Source: Amphiscolops sp. MND2022 (lineage: Eukaryota). Taken from it: 64,000 nucleotides of DNA. The notes under the pieces are model-generated. The model was not told where the DNA came from. It searched no databases and worked only from the letters and a program-made list of their open reading frames with translations. Of this stretch, positions 38,601 through 53,600 are shown in pieces (the first letter of the stretch is position 1; each line of letters begins with the position of its first letter). The stretch spans positions 24,120,001 to 24,184,000 of the forward strand of contig OZ076409.1 in NCBI GenBank assembly GCA_964187785.1, read 5' to 3'. Position numbers and translations under genes: made by a program.

Positions 38601-41600
38601 AAAGTGTTGATAGTCCTCAGGCAGCTATTACCTGTTACCAAGAGTTGGTAGAGACTCTCCTCAAACGTAGTGGATTCACATTGAAGAAGTGGGCTAGCAA
38701 CAGCCCGGAAGTTTTGGAAATAATCCCAGTAGAAGATCGATTAGAAGCGAACGAATTCACGCTTAATGCAGAATCATCTGCCATTCTAGGTTTGGAGTGG
38801 ATAATCGATAAAGATTGTCTGCAAGTATGTAGAGGACCTAACAAAGAATGTCCGCAAGACATTACTCAAAGAGTAGTGTTATCTTTTGTTTCCTCAGTTT
38901 TTGATCCCACGGGAATTTTTGCACCTTTCACTATGCGGATGAGAATGCTTTTGAAAAGTATCTGGATTCGTTTTGGCCAATCATGGGATGAAAAAATTGC
39001 GGATGATGATAAACAGGTATTCCTAGATTGGGTGACAGAAATGCAAACAATTAAAAACACCTCTCTTCCTAGAAATTATTTCTCTGATAACCCCAAAAAC
39101 GTTCAACTGCACATCTTCAGTGATGCGTCTCTAGAAGCCATGTGCATCGTCGCTTATTTTCGAGCAGAAGTCAATGATGGAGTCGAAGTCTCTTTTTTTT
39201 TGGGCAAATGTAGAATAGCTCCCATCAAACAACTGTCTATACCTCGTCTAGAGCTGCAAGCAGCAGTGTATTCAGTCAGATTGAGAACCTTGATTGTTCA
39301 AGAACATGATTTACGGATTGACAGCGTTACTCATTGGACTGATTCAGTTACTGTGCTTCAATGGTTACACTCAGCTGACAAAAAACAAAATGTTTTTGTA
39401 GCTAACAGAGCAGCTGAGATATTGGAAAACTCCACAATTGACGAGTGGAAGCACGTTAAAGGTGAAATGAATCCATCTGATATTGGGACGCGTGGAATTA
39501 CTATAGAGAAATTGACTGAAAGTGATTGGTTAGCTGGACCAATTTGGCTCAAAGACCATCCTGACGATTGGCCTTCGTCTCTGCAACCAATTAACTTGGT
39601 GCCTGATGACCATGCTGCAGTTGCAGTAATTGCGAACACAAGCATGACTCAGGAGCCAATAGTTGATTGGAGCAGGTTTAGCAGTTTTTCCAAATGTGTG
39701 CGAGTTATTGCATTTTGCTTACGTTTGAAGTTCAAGAGTCAATCTAAGGTATTACTTCCATGTGAACTGCAACGAGAGGAAGAAAAGATTCTGAAACTAA
39801 TCCAACGAGAAACCTTTCCTGAAGTGTATGATGGGAAGCAAATGTTTGGTAAGACAAGCAAAGGTGGAGATTTGGCAAAATTTTCTCCATTTTTTGATGA
39901 ATGCGGTATGATTCGAATAAGAGGTCGCATCAAACATGCAAATTTGAGCTTCCAACAGCGACATCCAATTCTTTTATCCTCAAAACACGATATGGTTAGT
40001 GTAATGTTACGTGATTTACATCTGGAACACAACCATGAGGGAGTAGAGTATGTTAGAAGCGTAATACAACAGAAGTTTTGGATTTTGGGATTACGAAATG
40101 CTTTGAGGAGCATTAAAAGCAATTGTGTTTACTGTCGCAAATTACGTGCGCAGATAAAATCTCCCCTCATGGCCGATTTACCTTCCGAGAGGCTCGATTA
40201 TCAGTCATATCCCTTTACCCACGTTGGAATGGATTATTTCGGTCCATTCGAAGTTAAAATGTTACGAAGATCCATGAAACGATGGTGCTGTTTGTTTACA
40301 TGTTTGACTACCAGAGCAGTGCATATCGAAGTGGTTCGAAGCCTCGACACAGATTCCTGCTTGGTAGCTATCAACAGATTTATCGCCAGACGTGGCAAGC
40401 CAACAACCATCGTAAGTGACAATGGTACTAACTTTGTTGGATCCGCGAGAGAGTTGAAATAGTACATCAACTCGTGGAATCACGATCAAATTACGTCAGA
40501 ATTGGCTCAAAAGCATATTGCATGGAAATTTAACCCTCCTGGGGCACCTCATTTTGGGGGTGTTTGGGAACGGTTGGTCAGAAGTTGCAAGAAAGCTATG
40601 ATGGCAATTCTGGGAAATCGATCTCTGACTGATGAATCTTTGACTACAACCATGTGCTTGGTTGAACAAACATTGAATGCACGTCCTATTACCCCAGCAA
40701 GTGATGATCCTGCTGATTTGGAGGCCCTTACGCCTAATCATTTTATTCTGGGTCGTGCGAATATTTGTATACCCTTTATCCCCAATGCTGAAGTTTATTC
40801 CAATCATCGCAAGATGTTTCGGTCGTGTCAGGCTTATGCCGATATGATTTGGAAACGATGGGTTGCAGAATACCTACCCCAAACCCATGTCAGAAACCAA
40901 TGGAGTAAACAAGAAGCCAATGTTGAAGTTGGCGACTTAGTTTGGTTGGTGGATAACAATGTGAAAAGGTCTCATTACAAGATGGCACGAATTCAAGAAA
41001 TTTATCCAGCAAAAGATGGTGTAGTGAGATCAGTGCTTATCAAAACTCATGACAGTACCTTCAAACGACCTGTAGTAAAGTTGGCGCCAGTCTTCAATGA
41101 GCGTTTTCAGTCTGAAAACGGGGCCGGCATTGTTGGCGCCTCCAAAATGACTTGAAATCAGCTATTCGAAAAATACCCTAAAATAGCCCCTAATTGGTGG
41201 CTGTAAAAGATTGAGTTTTGGGAATCACACTCTAGGATGGTTGGCAACCGACGTATTTTTGGCCAACTAAACCATCTAGGGCAAAAAACCGGAAATCGAA
41301 GGCAAAAATTTGAAAAATATTTTTTTCTGGGGCAAAATCAGAGATTTCTTCTAATATAGTACAAATTTGGTAATTTATCATCCTGCTTGTGTATTTGACC
41401 TGTCAAGTGGTCATATTTGGTTATATCTAGCCCAGGCGGAAGCCGGTAGAGCATTTGTAACATGATAGAAGCTTTGGTGGGCAAATAACAAATATATTAA
41501 AGGACCACAAAATCGTGTAAATGTATGCTTCAGATGTTGATATACCAATATCTTTATATACTTTATCGCCTCGAAAGTGGGCAGTTTGTTAACTTTATGT

Positions 41601-44600
41601 ATCATTATAGAACCTTTATGGTGCCCTCATATTTGATTGTAAACATGGCAGTTTATGTAATTTCCTGTATTGTTACCAACCCAAGTTAACTCCTTCTTGA
41701 AAGAGAGACCCAAAAGGTGAGATTGAAAACGGTTGATATTCCTTGTTCAAGCGACCAAGAAAGTAATTGTTCGGAACTTTATCGTTTGAGTATTCAAGTT
41801 AACTTGGGCTATTATAGAGCTATTTCGAAGTTGTTTTTGTTTTGATACTGGATTCGAGATTCCAACAATATATTATTATTGCATTTCTGGCAATTTTTCG
41901 CTTGGAAAGGTTTTGAGACAGAAGACTTTCAATCTTTTGGCAAAGTTATTCGACTACGATTTGTTACTCCCCAAATTCATCGACGAGTCAACGGTTTAGT
42001 GAGTTTTATGAGAAAACTCTTCAAGTCAGTAAATTCTATGTTTTCTAAACAAGTCGAAAAGTGGTCACAGATGCAGTAATTGCTTCACCGACCTCGGAAA
42101 CTTGTTTAAACAATAGGTATTGTCCAGAACTTGAAAAGAAGGGACATTTTGAAGTTATTGAAAGTAGTGGATTTTGCAAGTGCCTTTCTCGCAGAAACAA
42201 CTCATAGACGTGCCCGCAAGTTGTCAACCAGGCCGTCGTAAAGCTTGGTAAGTGATTTTGTTATCATACCTTGCAGACGTAAAAGTTCTGATGGATAGTT
42301 TTCATCGGGCTGAAATTAAAACGTCATGTGACAGCAATGAAAAGACCAACAAATTCATCTGTCTAGAAAAAGTGACCTGAATCTGTCGAATTTAATTACT
42401 GCACATTTCTGCTTAGAACTCATTACACTAACAACTTCAGCTACAATTACAAGCCTCAAGTGCCCTAAATGCAGGAGCGGGCATTTAGGGTTACAAAATC
42501 TCCTAAGTTAAAATCTCCTAGGTTAAAATCTCCTAGGTTAAAATCTCCCAAGTTAAAATCTAAACTTAAATCTCCTAGGTCAAAATCTCATAAAATTAGA
42601 ATAAAAGAAACTCATCGAAACACAACTCGCCAAATTAATTGAAGAAGAAAGCTGTTCGATTAAGAACAAAGGCTAACCTCAATTTTCAACCTTTTTCAAA
42701 CTCAATTGCAAACTTTCACTCATTAGTCAATTATGTAATAATCTTTCAATGACTGTGTCAGCTATTAATCCTTAATCAAAGTTACTTTCACACTTTGAAA
42801 TTCAATTTAGGAGATTAAGACCTCGAAAATCAGTTTGACACAGTACATTAGTTTTTCATACCGATCGAAACCTCTAATTTGGCTTCAAAATTGTTATTTG
42901 TTCGCGATCTTCAGTGTCAACCTTCATCAAAATTAGCTGTTAAGCTGGCAAAACAAACCACTCCACTTCGATTCGCTCCTGCGGTATCAGGTCAAAATCT
43001 CCTAGACCTAAATCTCCCAAGATAAAATCTCCTAAACCTGAATCTCCTTGGTTATGGGAATAGTTTTTATTTTGCCACTAAAACTGAAATATTCGTATCT
43101 GATTTGTCCCTGTTAGTGATTTGTAATTTATGTAAAGATTAAAATAAACAGTGCCGAAATGCCATTTATTTTCGAAATTTTGATCATTTTACGCAGTATT
43201 TGTACATATTTTGACTACTTTCGTGGTTAAGGGAGGGTCCCCAAAAGCTTCAATCCTATTTAAAAAGTTACTATTTAGCTATTTCATTGCTGTTTTCATT
43301 CCGAAAATAGATATTAAAGTCGCTTGTTTTATGGATTATTTATTGAGCTAGAAAATCTTGTGCTCCATTGGGTTCTAGGAAATTACGCCCAAGGAAATTG
43401 GGCCCAAGGAAATTACGCCCATTGAAATTAAGCTATTCAAAGCGAATAGCAGCGTTTATTTTCAGGTTAATATATAAAGAGGTTAGCATGTTTGTTGTAT
43501 GGCTCGGTCGCTTCGCTCCCTTCGCCAAGTAGCAACATTGAGGCATGGCCATATGGCACGTCGCTCCGCTTCGCTTCGCTCCTGCACTTAGGGCACTAGA
43601 AGTATGTGAGCGTAGCTGATTACATTATCGTAATTTCCTTCGGCGTAATTTACGTTTGGGCGTAATTTCCGTTTGGGCGTAATTTCCGGACACCCCCCAT
43701 TGTACCACTGGTTGATAAATTGAATTCCTTGTTTTTGGAGTTTGGCTGCGGTGTTTTAAGTTTCTAAGGTGTGATAACTTGCAAATCGCGGACTGACACC
43801 CGATTACAGTTGATCGATCGCTATCGGAATCACATCGGAGCTGATCGGTCACCATATCTCGTTACTATAGTACCAAGCCGGGAACGGCCAAAGTCGGCGC
43901 TATAACTGAGGCTCAAAATTCTAAAAGGGGGACCCTTTGTGCTTTGTGAAACTCCAGTTGGTTGCAAAATTTCAAAAAATTGAAGGTGGACCCTTTGGAA
44001 ACATTTAAAAAAATTCGAAAAAACTTTAAAATTGAGATTTTTGAACAGTGTCACAGTGCCGAAAAATGTAAAAAGGGGACCCTTTGGGATTTTTTGACAT
44101 CCATTGTGTTGAAAAATATTTAAAAAAATGAAGGGGAGACCCTTTGGTGGAATCCAAAAGACCGCATAGTGCCGAAAAAAATTCCGAGTGAAAAACACCA
44201 AGGGGGGGGTGGATCATATGTTATCGAGGTTCTGGACGGCGACGTTTTTTTTGTTTTGGACGAGGTTCTTGTGTTTCGAGTATGTTTTGGAGGTCCGTAG
44301 TTAAAATTGATGATGTTGAACAAATGAACAAAAAAGTGGACCGATCGCGTTGAACTGACGAAAAAAAACTAGCCACTGTAAGAGCCGTGCTTTTCTTCGA
44401 AAACGCCGACTACAACATAGATAGGTTCGAATTGAGTCATGAGGACATGTTCAACTTGTATGCAAAAATTCAATATTCTAACAGTTTTCTTAAAATTTGT
44501 TTTTAGAAAAAATTGACCACTGGCAATCACTTGCTAATTAGCAACGGTTTAGAAAGTGCATTGCTCTTTAACTGTAATCTGTAATTTCAGCCTTTCTTGT

Positions 44601-47600
44601 AAGTAAAATTGTAGGTGAAAAGTCGAGAGGGAAAAAACCCGAATGAAAATATATTACATAACAACTGAGGCAATATCTGGAAACTGGGAATGAACTATGG
44701 AAGTTGTCCAGATGCAGTAATGGAAGAGGGAAAATTTAAGAATTAACTTTTTCAAAGAGACCGTAGTTTTCCCCGGCTGCCGAACCAAAATATTTTGTTG
44801 GCTGATCTAAAACTGAATTATTGAGTGTTATGACTCACTCATGAAATGAACAAAAAAGACCTTTACAAGTTTGTTTTGTTCTAATTTTTTCTGAGTCGAA
44901 TCTAAAACTCACAACATTCAGCTTTGCAACTTCTGGCATAAAAGACGCATGAATCACCTATAAAGCTTTATAGAAACCTTTAAACCTCATCTGAAGTTTA
45001 CCAAAATTCTCAAACCGTTCAGACCCTTCAGAAGTTTCAGACGTGAACAAATGACGCAAGCTATGGAGTTCAATCTGCTACAAATTCTTTCAACTTTTGT
45101 AAGAGAATTTTTCCAAGTATTCCCGTTTTTTTAGTCGCAAATCTATTTCATTTATTGTTGGTGAAAATTAAAGCGTTATTTATGATCCAGTGTTGAATCT
45201 GCTTCAACAAAGTGCTTTTTCCTGACACAATATTTTACTGATTCAGAGTTTCAGTTATAAATGCAGCTCAAACTGAAAGTAAACGAGTTTCGTAGCAGAG
45301 TTCCGGGTCTGACAATCGAAAAGATAACGTCTTTTTACTTCCAACTAAATGGAACGAGGTCATATGAGTTTGTCATAGATTCATAGATGGTTATAATTTA
45401 GGTAGAAAGTTATAGAATTTAAAACATTAAACCATTGATCTACCTTAACTACTATTAAAAATATGAATGTAAAGGTTTATCTGATTTTGGTTTTTCCAAC
45501 ACAATATTTTCAATGTAGCCAATATTTTTATATCGAACAGCAGTTAAAAGAAGCAGAATGGAGCTATTGAAACTAACCAAAAATATCCATAAGATGTTAA
45601 TAGTTTAACGTGAAGAAGAAGAAAAAGAAGAAGAAGCAATTGGGTTTCTATTTCGAAATATCTTTTAATTCAAGATTTCAAAGACTGTGTCGCAATAAAT
45701 ATCTAACGTGAAATTTCCCCATACATACTTTTGCAGGAAATAAAAACAAATTGTCGAGAGGTTAGAACCTTGAGACTTATCATTTGCACTATTGTGACAG
45801 CGTGTCTTTATATCTACTCGGAATGTAATTATCATTACGTAATAATTAGATTGGGCCTTTGATTGGAGATTGGTAGATGGGCCCGAATTTCACTTAAAAA
45901 TCAAAGAGCGGTTGAAAGCCCGCAGCGTAGATATAAAACCGGGGCAACGACTGACGCGGTACATGATTATCATTTGAAGTTTTTGTTCAAAGGGTCCCGT
46001 AAAGAGAGCATCATCGCTTCTAGTTATGAAATTTATTAACCAATCAATAGTTTTTCACTTTGGGAATAGAGCACTACAATTTGGATTGCAGTAGTACTAA
46101 GCAATCAGAAAAGACCCTTTGACTTTTCGCCGATTAATACAACAATTGTTGATTTAACAACCAACGTTCCACTCAGCACTGTTTGACCCAGAAAGGGCTG
46201 CGTTGAAAGACATTTCACGACTGTTGAGCGCGTATTCCCACTCCTGTTTGAACTTCAAAGCGCAAGATGCCTACAGACGTATTTCAATCTCTTGAAACCA
46301 GACCGGCTCCAGCAACCTCTCATTTACAACGGTTCTCATGTGTTTTCAGCAACCTCTCATTTTCCAGAATTTGTGAAATGAAACCTATTGTAAAAGGCTT
46401 CGGTATGCGACTATAAATATAAATTACAAACTTTTATTATATTCGCGTATATCTGAAATGGAGCCTTTTATAAATCATGAATTCTTCTGTTGTTTCGATA
46501 GCTGCAAGCTTCAAGTCTTCAAAATGGGTTAAAAAGCATTAACATTTATCTTCAAAATTTATCCAAATCTTCACCGTTAATGTTTTCAGAAGCGAAGCAA
46601 AATCGAATTCTTTCAGCGGATGTTTTCAGAAACGTGAACTTTTCTTAAAAACTGCTGTCTCATTGGACAGTGAAATAAATTTGGTGATGCAAAATTTTTT
46701 CTTGATGGTTTTCTGCCCGGGTCGACCCTACATGGATATCTTAGTAAAATCTTGGCAAGATCTTGCCAAGATCTTGGAAAAATCATAGCTAAGATCGTGA
46801 CAAGATATTGCCAAGAACTGCAAGATGCCATGGTAAGATCTTATCAAGAGAGCCATGTTTCCAAGAAAAATCTCACTAAGAAGCCCAATATGTCAAGAAA
46901 AACCTTTTTAAGAAGCCGAATATGGCAAGAAAAAAATTGCTACGAACTGCTCGATATCGAGAAAAAGTAGAATCAGAAAACCATTAAATTTAAAGCTATT
47001 GAAAATCCAAAAACTCACTTGAAACTATAAAATACAAGACTCTTTTCAAACATCAAAAACAATTGAAATATCTTTTTTAATGTCACCAAAATAAAATCTA
47101 ACATCTAAAAATCACTGAGTTTATCTAAAAAATCACAGAAATAAGATCTAAAACCACTGAATTGAGAACCGAATCCACAGGAATATTACATGGAATAAGA
47201 TCTAAAATTCCCTAAAATGATATTTTCTCCAATTTCATAGAGAAAACTCCTGAATGGACCAAAAACAATGTACGTCGAATCTCATTTCAGTGGATTAGGA
47301 TCTAAAACCACTGATCTTTGGAATAAGGACTCAGCTCTCTGGAATAAGATCTAAAAGTTCCCCAAAACGTCGATATTTTCGCCAACTCCACCCTGAAAAC
47401 CCTTAAAAATTTCCAAAAACCTTGTAGGTCGGTTCTCATTTCACCGTTGTAAGATCTAAAACCACTGGAATAAGGTTTAGATTCACAGAGAAATTGAATC
47501 TTTACAGGAAATCAAGGTCCAGGCTGAAAAATTGCGTAAAGACCCAGCAAAAAAATATTATACGAATGTAGTTATTGTCAGCACACTTGATCGAAATTTT

Positions 47601-50600
47601 GAAATTTTAGAATTTTTTCGATCTTAGTAAGATTCGATCTTGAAATGATGATACATCTTGGTAAGATCTTAGTAAGAATCTTGCCATGGGATCCTGGCTG
47701 CCAAGATGTAGTAAGAATTTCGCAAGATCTTGCCAAAACAGCCAAGATGCTCGTAAGAGGGTCAACCAGGGTGTTCATTAATGAATATTTAATGTTCAGA
47801 AAACCATCAACAAAGGTCTTTGGCTGAAATTACGAAAAACTGTAATAATTATTACAATAATAACAATAATGTAATAACAATGTAATAATAATTAATTCCT
47901 TCCCAAGGAAGACTGAAACCTTGCGAACATTCAACAAGTTTCAAACCTAAACTTTCCATCAAATATACGATTAGATGAGGGTTGCTATTTTTAAATTCAT
48001 ATTTAAAAAGCTCGAATTTATACGAATAAATTGAAGCATTCATGAATGATTCGGAATAAAATAGGAAAGAATGAATTTTCTATATTTGTTGTTTTAACTG
48101 GGCACCTTAGCGCAAAAATCATCTCACAATGAACTTTCCTTCTACCAATTGATGTTTTTTAGCTTATCCATTGAAGTGGTAGGCCAAAATTGGCTATTTA
48201 AATTACCTCACATATGTAGAGGAACTACTCAATTGTACATGTACAGTGAGCTGAAACATACGTCAGTGCATCCAGAAAATGTACAGTTGTAAACAATTTC
48301 TGCTACTGCTAAATAAAAGGTGCAGCCCTGAAGGTAGTGTTATTCACATGAAGACGGAAGCAGCAGACTACCTGCAGAGTGATTTGGACGACGAGTAATT
48401 CGTCGAAGTTTGGACATTCGGTCCACTTGACAGCAACAACAAACTTGAATCACATATGTCGAACGAACTCTTAATCTTTGAATATGTGTACATATTTATT
48501 TTTATCTTCATCTATATTTGTTTTGCTGATGCTGTAAAAATCTTTCATTTAGAAATTTTCAGACTCTTTTTTTAAATTTACTTTCAACATTCAAGCATTT
48601 ACTTCCAAGTTACTCTCAAGGTTCAGGCATTTTCTTCCAAGATACTTCCAAGATCAGACATTTTCTTCCAAGTTACTTCCAAGATCAGGCATTTTCTTCC
48701 AAGTTACTTCCAAGATCAGGCATTTTCTTCCAAGTTACTTCCAAGATCAGATATTTTCTTGCAAGATCTTGCAAGACCAGACATTTTCTTGCAAGATCTT
48801 GCAAGACCAGACATTATCTTCCAAGATCTTCCAAGATACCTGCAAGAATAATGCATTGTCTTCCAAGATCTTGGAAGTGAAATCTGACAGATTCTTGCAG
48901 AAAATGTATGGGAGTTCGACTGGGGATTGCAAATGCGATTTTTCTCAACTCCACAAAAACGGGCAGTAACAGTCTAAATTATGTGAAATTTGGTATATAG
49001 TGGCGCTTTGGAATTTTATTGAATTCAACCACTATCGAATTATTCATGAATTATCCAGAATTGAATTATTCCTCCACAACATTGGATTGGACTTGGAAAA
49101 TTAAAAAGCAGAGAAACATTTTTCAAGTATTAAACTTGCATAAAATTGAATCGAAGGTCCGCATAATGCAATGATTCAGTTCTTGCCATCATATAATTTG
49201 AAGCGCTTGCTGAGAGTGTTAGTTTTTACATGCTCATTTGAAACGACCAGCGCTTTTCGTCAGCGCTATGAGAAATAAGATATTATAGTTGTAGTTTCAC
49301 CAGTTTTATAGTTGGATAAAAAATTATCCTTTCAATCGTTAGAAAATAAAATTAGTTATTAAATGTGGCTTATTGAAAATTGTCTTCAACACACTAAACT
49401 GAGCCTAAACAAGTGCCCGAAGTGAACGCAAAACAACCGAAAGTTCAATAATCTTTGAATTTTTAACCAATTCAATGCAATTTTTGTACAGTTTCAAAAT
49501 GTTTCCTTAGGTGTTTGAAAACAAAACATCTATCTTCTTAAGATACTCCTGTTTAGTGGCAAACATTTCAATTTCTGGTCATTTTGGGAACATGGCACTT
49601 ATGTAGGGTTATGTATGTAACAATATAATTGTGGGTTGGCTGTTCACAGAGTTCAACATCAAAACAATCGGCTACTTAGCATACTTTCCTTTTGAAGTTT
49701 GGTTTTGTCCAGAGAAAATTTCCTATATAGAAGGTTTCGATTATCTTCTATGTTTTTGGAGACTCCAGTTATCGCAAAAAACTTCATTTGTGTTTAGTTC
49801 AATTCAGTTGAATCGGTTGCCCTATCAGCAGCGCAAGATTCCGCCCTTTCCCAGCAAATCATACCAAATATCAACAGCTTTATTTTTGCAATTTCATGAT
49901 TCGTATTTTCTCTGATTCCTCAAACACTGTATAGATCCAACTTTCAGTTGCACAACAGATGTCATATTTGTATTTTTCATGCTTTTGTAGGTAATATTTA
50001 TTATAGGCAACCTTGTGCTGAACCATTTTTTCATTTTGTGTTTTATTTCAACGTATGTGGCAATTGAGTTAACTAGATCTTCAAAGCAGGAAACTGGGGA
50101 AAATTGCGACAGCCTCCGGCAAAACAATAGTTTTTCGTTATATTCGTCACAAATGTACCAAATTACAAAACAAATGAATTTCAGGGCCTAATTTAAGCAA
50201 CATCTGATAGTATTTGGCGTTTTAATATTTCTTGCACGTTTATTTGAAAACCTCAGCTCTGGAGGCAATATTACAATTGCCCTTTTCCATAAAAACGCTA
50301 TTGGATATTCACATAAAATGATAGTTCCAAAACGTGCAACGAATTACTCAGCAAGTTGCACGAATGTGGAAATGAATTGGTAGCATTAAATCTCTATTTT
50401 GAAATCCCACCAAATTTGCATAACTGATATTTGATTAAATTTTAGCGTCAAATTATCAGAAGATTACCGCCGGCTTTCCAGCTTTAGACCCAATACGCAG
50501 TTTGGTATTTGATCCCTAGATAAATCTACAAGATATAGCATACCCTATAAGATAGTATCCCACAGTCTCATACTCTCAATCGCACACTTGAAAGACTTTT

Positions 50601-53600
50601 GCTGCGGTCGGATTCGCTTCCGACCGGCTGCAGAGATTACCAGCTCATATCCGGAATCCGATGAAGGCTCTGGCGTTTCAATCAGTTTATGAGAATAGAA
50701 AAGAGCCAGAAAATTTGGTTAGCCAGAGTTAATACCCGTTTCCCGCTTTTCATATTGCTGAGGAGCAAACAAAAAAGTCGTGGCAACCGGCGACGGCTGG
50801 CAAACATTGATTAACTTTGAACACAGGAAAAGCCAACCAGCGCTAAGGACACCAGTTAATTAAATTCAAACAGCGGCTCCATTTCAAAAAGCTCTCATTC
50901 GAACAAGGTGCCTGATAATCACTTCATGCAAGAAAAAGTGCCGAAATGGAAAAATACGGGAGACATTTCGATGAACAATGATTTAAGGAAAGTTTGATTT
51001 CATTTTATTTCCATTAAATTCGAAGATTAAACCGATTGAACATTTTTCGTTTTAGAAAGAAAGATTTAGAAAAAACTGATCACTAATGATTTAGCATTTT
51101 TAGGGCGATTCTAACTTTTAAATTTTCAATCAAATTGTCGTTTTGCTCAAGTCTCAAATACTGAAAACTGGTCCGGAAAGATTTCAATGTGAAAAAAAAC
51201 TGTCTGGGGATTGTTTATTCAAGTTATTTTTCAACAATTCACAATTTTAGGAAGAAACTCAAGCTTTGTTTTTCTGATTTTCTTGTTTGTTTTCCACACC
51301 GGTGAGATTGGGTTATGATCTTGTAATCAAAGTTTTTGTAATATGAAAATTGTTTGCGATGTCTGAGTCGGTAAGTCGGGCCCAGAAGTTATCATGAGAG
51401 CATGTTTGAGAGGGATTATTTGATCAGGTGAATTGTTCAGTCTAACAACACGTTTGATGGAATAATCAAACTGTACTTGAAAGTCAGAAATCTAATTTCT
51501 GTCCGTTAAAGACAATATTTCACCAATAATCAGTCAAGCTATGTTTTTCCAGCTTGTATAACTTTGTTTATATAACGTCTTAAAACTTGAGTAAATACAC
51601 CTCGTTTTCGAAACCTGATAAAGTTCAAAAAAGATTCGTAGAGCATTTTGATGTTGAATCACTACTTGAATGAGAATAATGTTCAAAGCTTTAGATGTGC
51701 TGAGATTTGCAGACATGCATTAAAATCTTGTTTCACGCAAACCTTCATACATTCAGAGCATGTTTTTGTTTCGATGCTTCTGCAAATATATTTATATTTT
51801 TAACTCCAAAAAAGTTACTTTCCAAATCTACGTTTTGAAAACAGTACATGATAATAAAAATATTCCAAGAATTTCATACTTAAAGTATAATTCGGTTTCG
51901 TTTTAAAATGATGCATAGATTTGAAAAAAGATTCCAGATTTTGCAAAATCTAACCATGGTTAGATTTTGCAAGCTAATAAGAGCTCTGGTAAATTCTTTT
52001 TCAGTGCGGAGTCAATGATTATGTTGTCAAGGGCAACGCAAAGTTATTTGAAATGGGTCAATTTCTAGGGAATTGTTGCGTTTTCAATAATCTTTTCAAC
52101 ATTACCAGAAAATCATGCATTTCACTTTTCAACTCATAGACGTGATTTGTTTGTAAAACAAAGAACGTATTTTTGTTTTTTTTTTCCCGACGTGAATTCT
52201 CCTGACGCGTCATAATTAAGGAAACAAGGAGTGATCATTGGAAATATTAATTTCATCGCCTCCTATTCACCACCAGTTGCATCCATATGCTTCCTTTGCT
52301 CCCTTTTTTCTTGAATGGTGTCTAGAGATGGGTTGGCAACAATGTATACAAAGTATGTCGCTATCTGTCCTCTCAATTCCAACTTTTCCCCAATTTCACA
52401 ATGAGATTCCTTTGCTCCAGGGACTGTCTGCTGCTAGCCTTTGATTCTGCATGATCGCTTCCAGGCTCCTGCAGGCTTACATGCAGCTCCTCTAGGCCTT
52501 GATTACATAATCGAGTTGACCTTTTTCAGCGTGCTCAATGTATTTTATCTAACACTTGCATCTCTTATATAACGAGCCAAATTCATTCTCACCTTTTTAC
52601 TAGTCACGTTTCGAAGTATAAAAGTAGGCAAGGAAGAATTGTTAAAAAAGTGGAATCGAAGTGAAGATTTGCAATTTAATTTAGCCTCAAGAGGAAATAC
52701 CTGAATTGCCAAAAAAGCGCAATTGTTACAATTTTATTATACCAAAGTTTGTTGCTATGCTGTGAAGTGTACTTCACACGGCACAAATTTCAAAAAGGCT
52801 ACCAAATCTTCTGGTACTATTACGTCATTAGATGGAAAACATATTTCAATGCTTCAACTGAGGCATGAAAACAACGTTTCATTCGAAGCTTTGCAGATTT
52901 TTCAACCTTTGTTACTACTTCCTCTAGTTCATTGATGAATGCAACAAATAATAGTAAACAGAAGGGTAATGTTTTTAGTCGCACCTTTTCCCTTAAGGAA
53001 AAAAGCCCAACTATTACAGTGGGTAGTTTTTTTTAGTCGGCGCCTTTTCCCTTAAGGAAAAAAGCCCGACTCTTACAGTGAGTAGTTTTTTTTTTGTTTT
53101 TTTCAGTTGACAATCTCACTCTGAGTGGTCCACTTTTCTTACAATTCTTACAATTTTCAAAATCTTACAATTATTACTTAGCAAAATTAAAATACTGGCG
53201 CAAAAGTAGTTTTTATATCATCTAAGGGTCCCCAAAGGGTATTTTCGGCACTGTGCGACTTTTTTTCGAAAAAATTTTTATTGTTCCAAAAGGGTCCCCC
53301 CTTCGAGTTTTTTCATATTTTGCAACTGAATGTATGTTAATACATCACAAAGGGTCCCCCCTTTTACATTTTTCGGCACTATGCGACTTTTTTTGAAAGA
53401 AATTTTTTTTCAAAAATTCATGTTTTTTTCCAAAAAATTTTTTTTGCGCTTTTTGAGCCTTAGATATGGCGCCGACTTTGGACGTTCTCGTCTTGTTTCT
53501 TTTTCAGCTGACAATCTCATTCTGAAAGGTCCACTTTTTACAATTTTCATGATCCACTAACTGCCACACTTGTAACTTATGCTGGCACTTGGCATAGAGG

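Larger units (their letters stand above)
34192..42284 (+). mobile_element. BEL/Pao LTR retrotransposon (BEL-2), 5' LTR truncated
   Basis: 315-bp 5' LTR remnant, PBS identical to BEL-1, single gag-pol frame, complete 3' LTR; protein clearly homologous to BEL-1. Confidence 0.95.

Noticed and set aside
19887..40807. Many short antisense or overlapping ORFs in the ORF track
   Set aside because: They are shadow frames of the retroelement coding sequences with no independent motifs.
48595..48860. CRISPR-like array
   Set aside because: Eukaryotic context, and the units are contiguous tandem repeats without unique spacers.
50598..50635. GC-rich hairpin CGGTCGGA-N6-TCCGACCG as a ribozyme or Helitron end
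   Set aside because: No hammerhead or HDV core and no Helitron CTRR terminus nearby; an isolated 8-bp stem is not enough.
52240..52560. Coding-like remnant on the minus strand
   Set aside because: Several stops and no family motif I can name.
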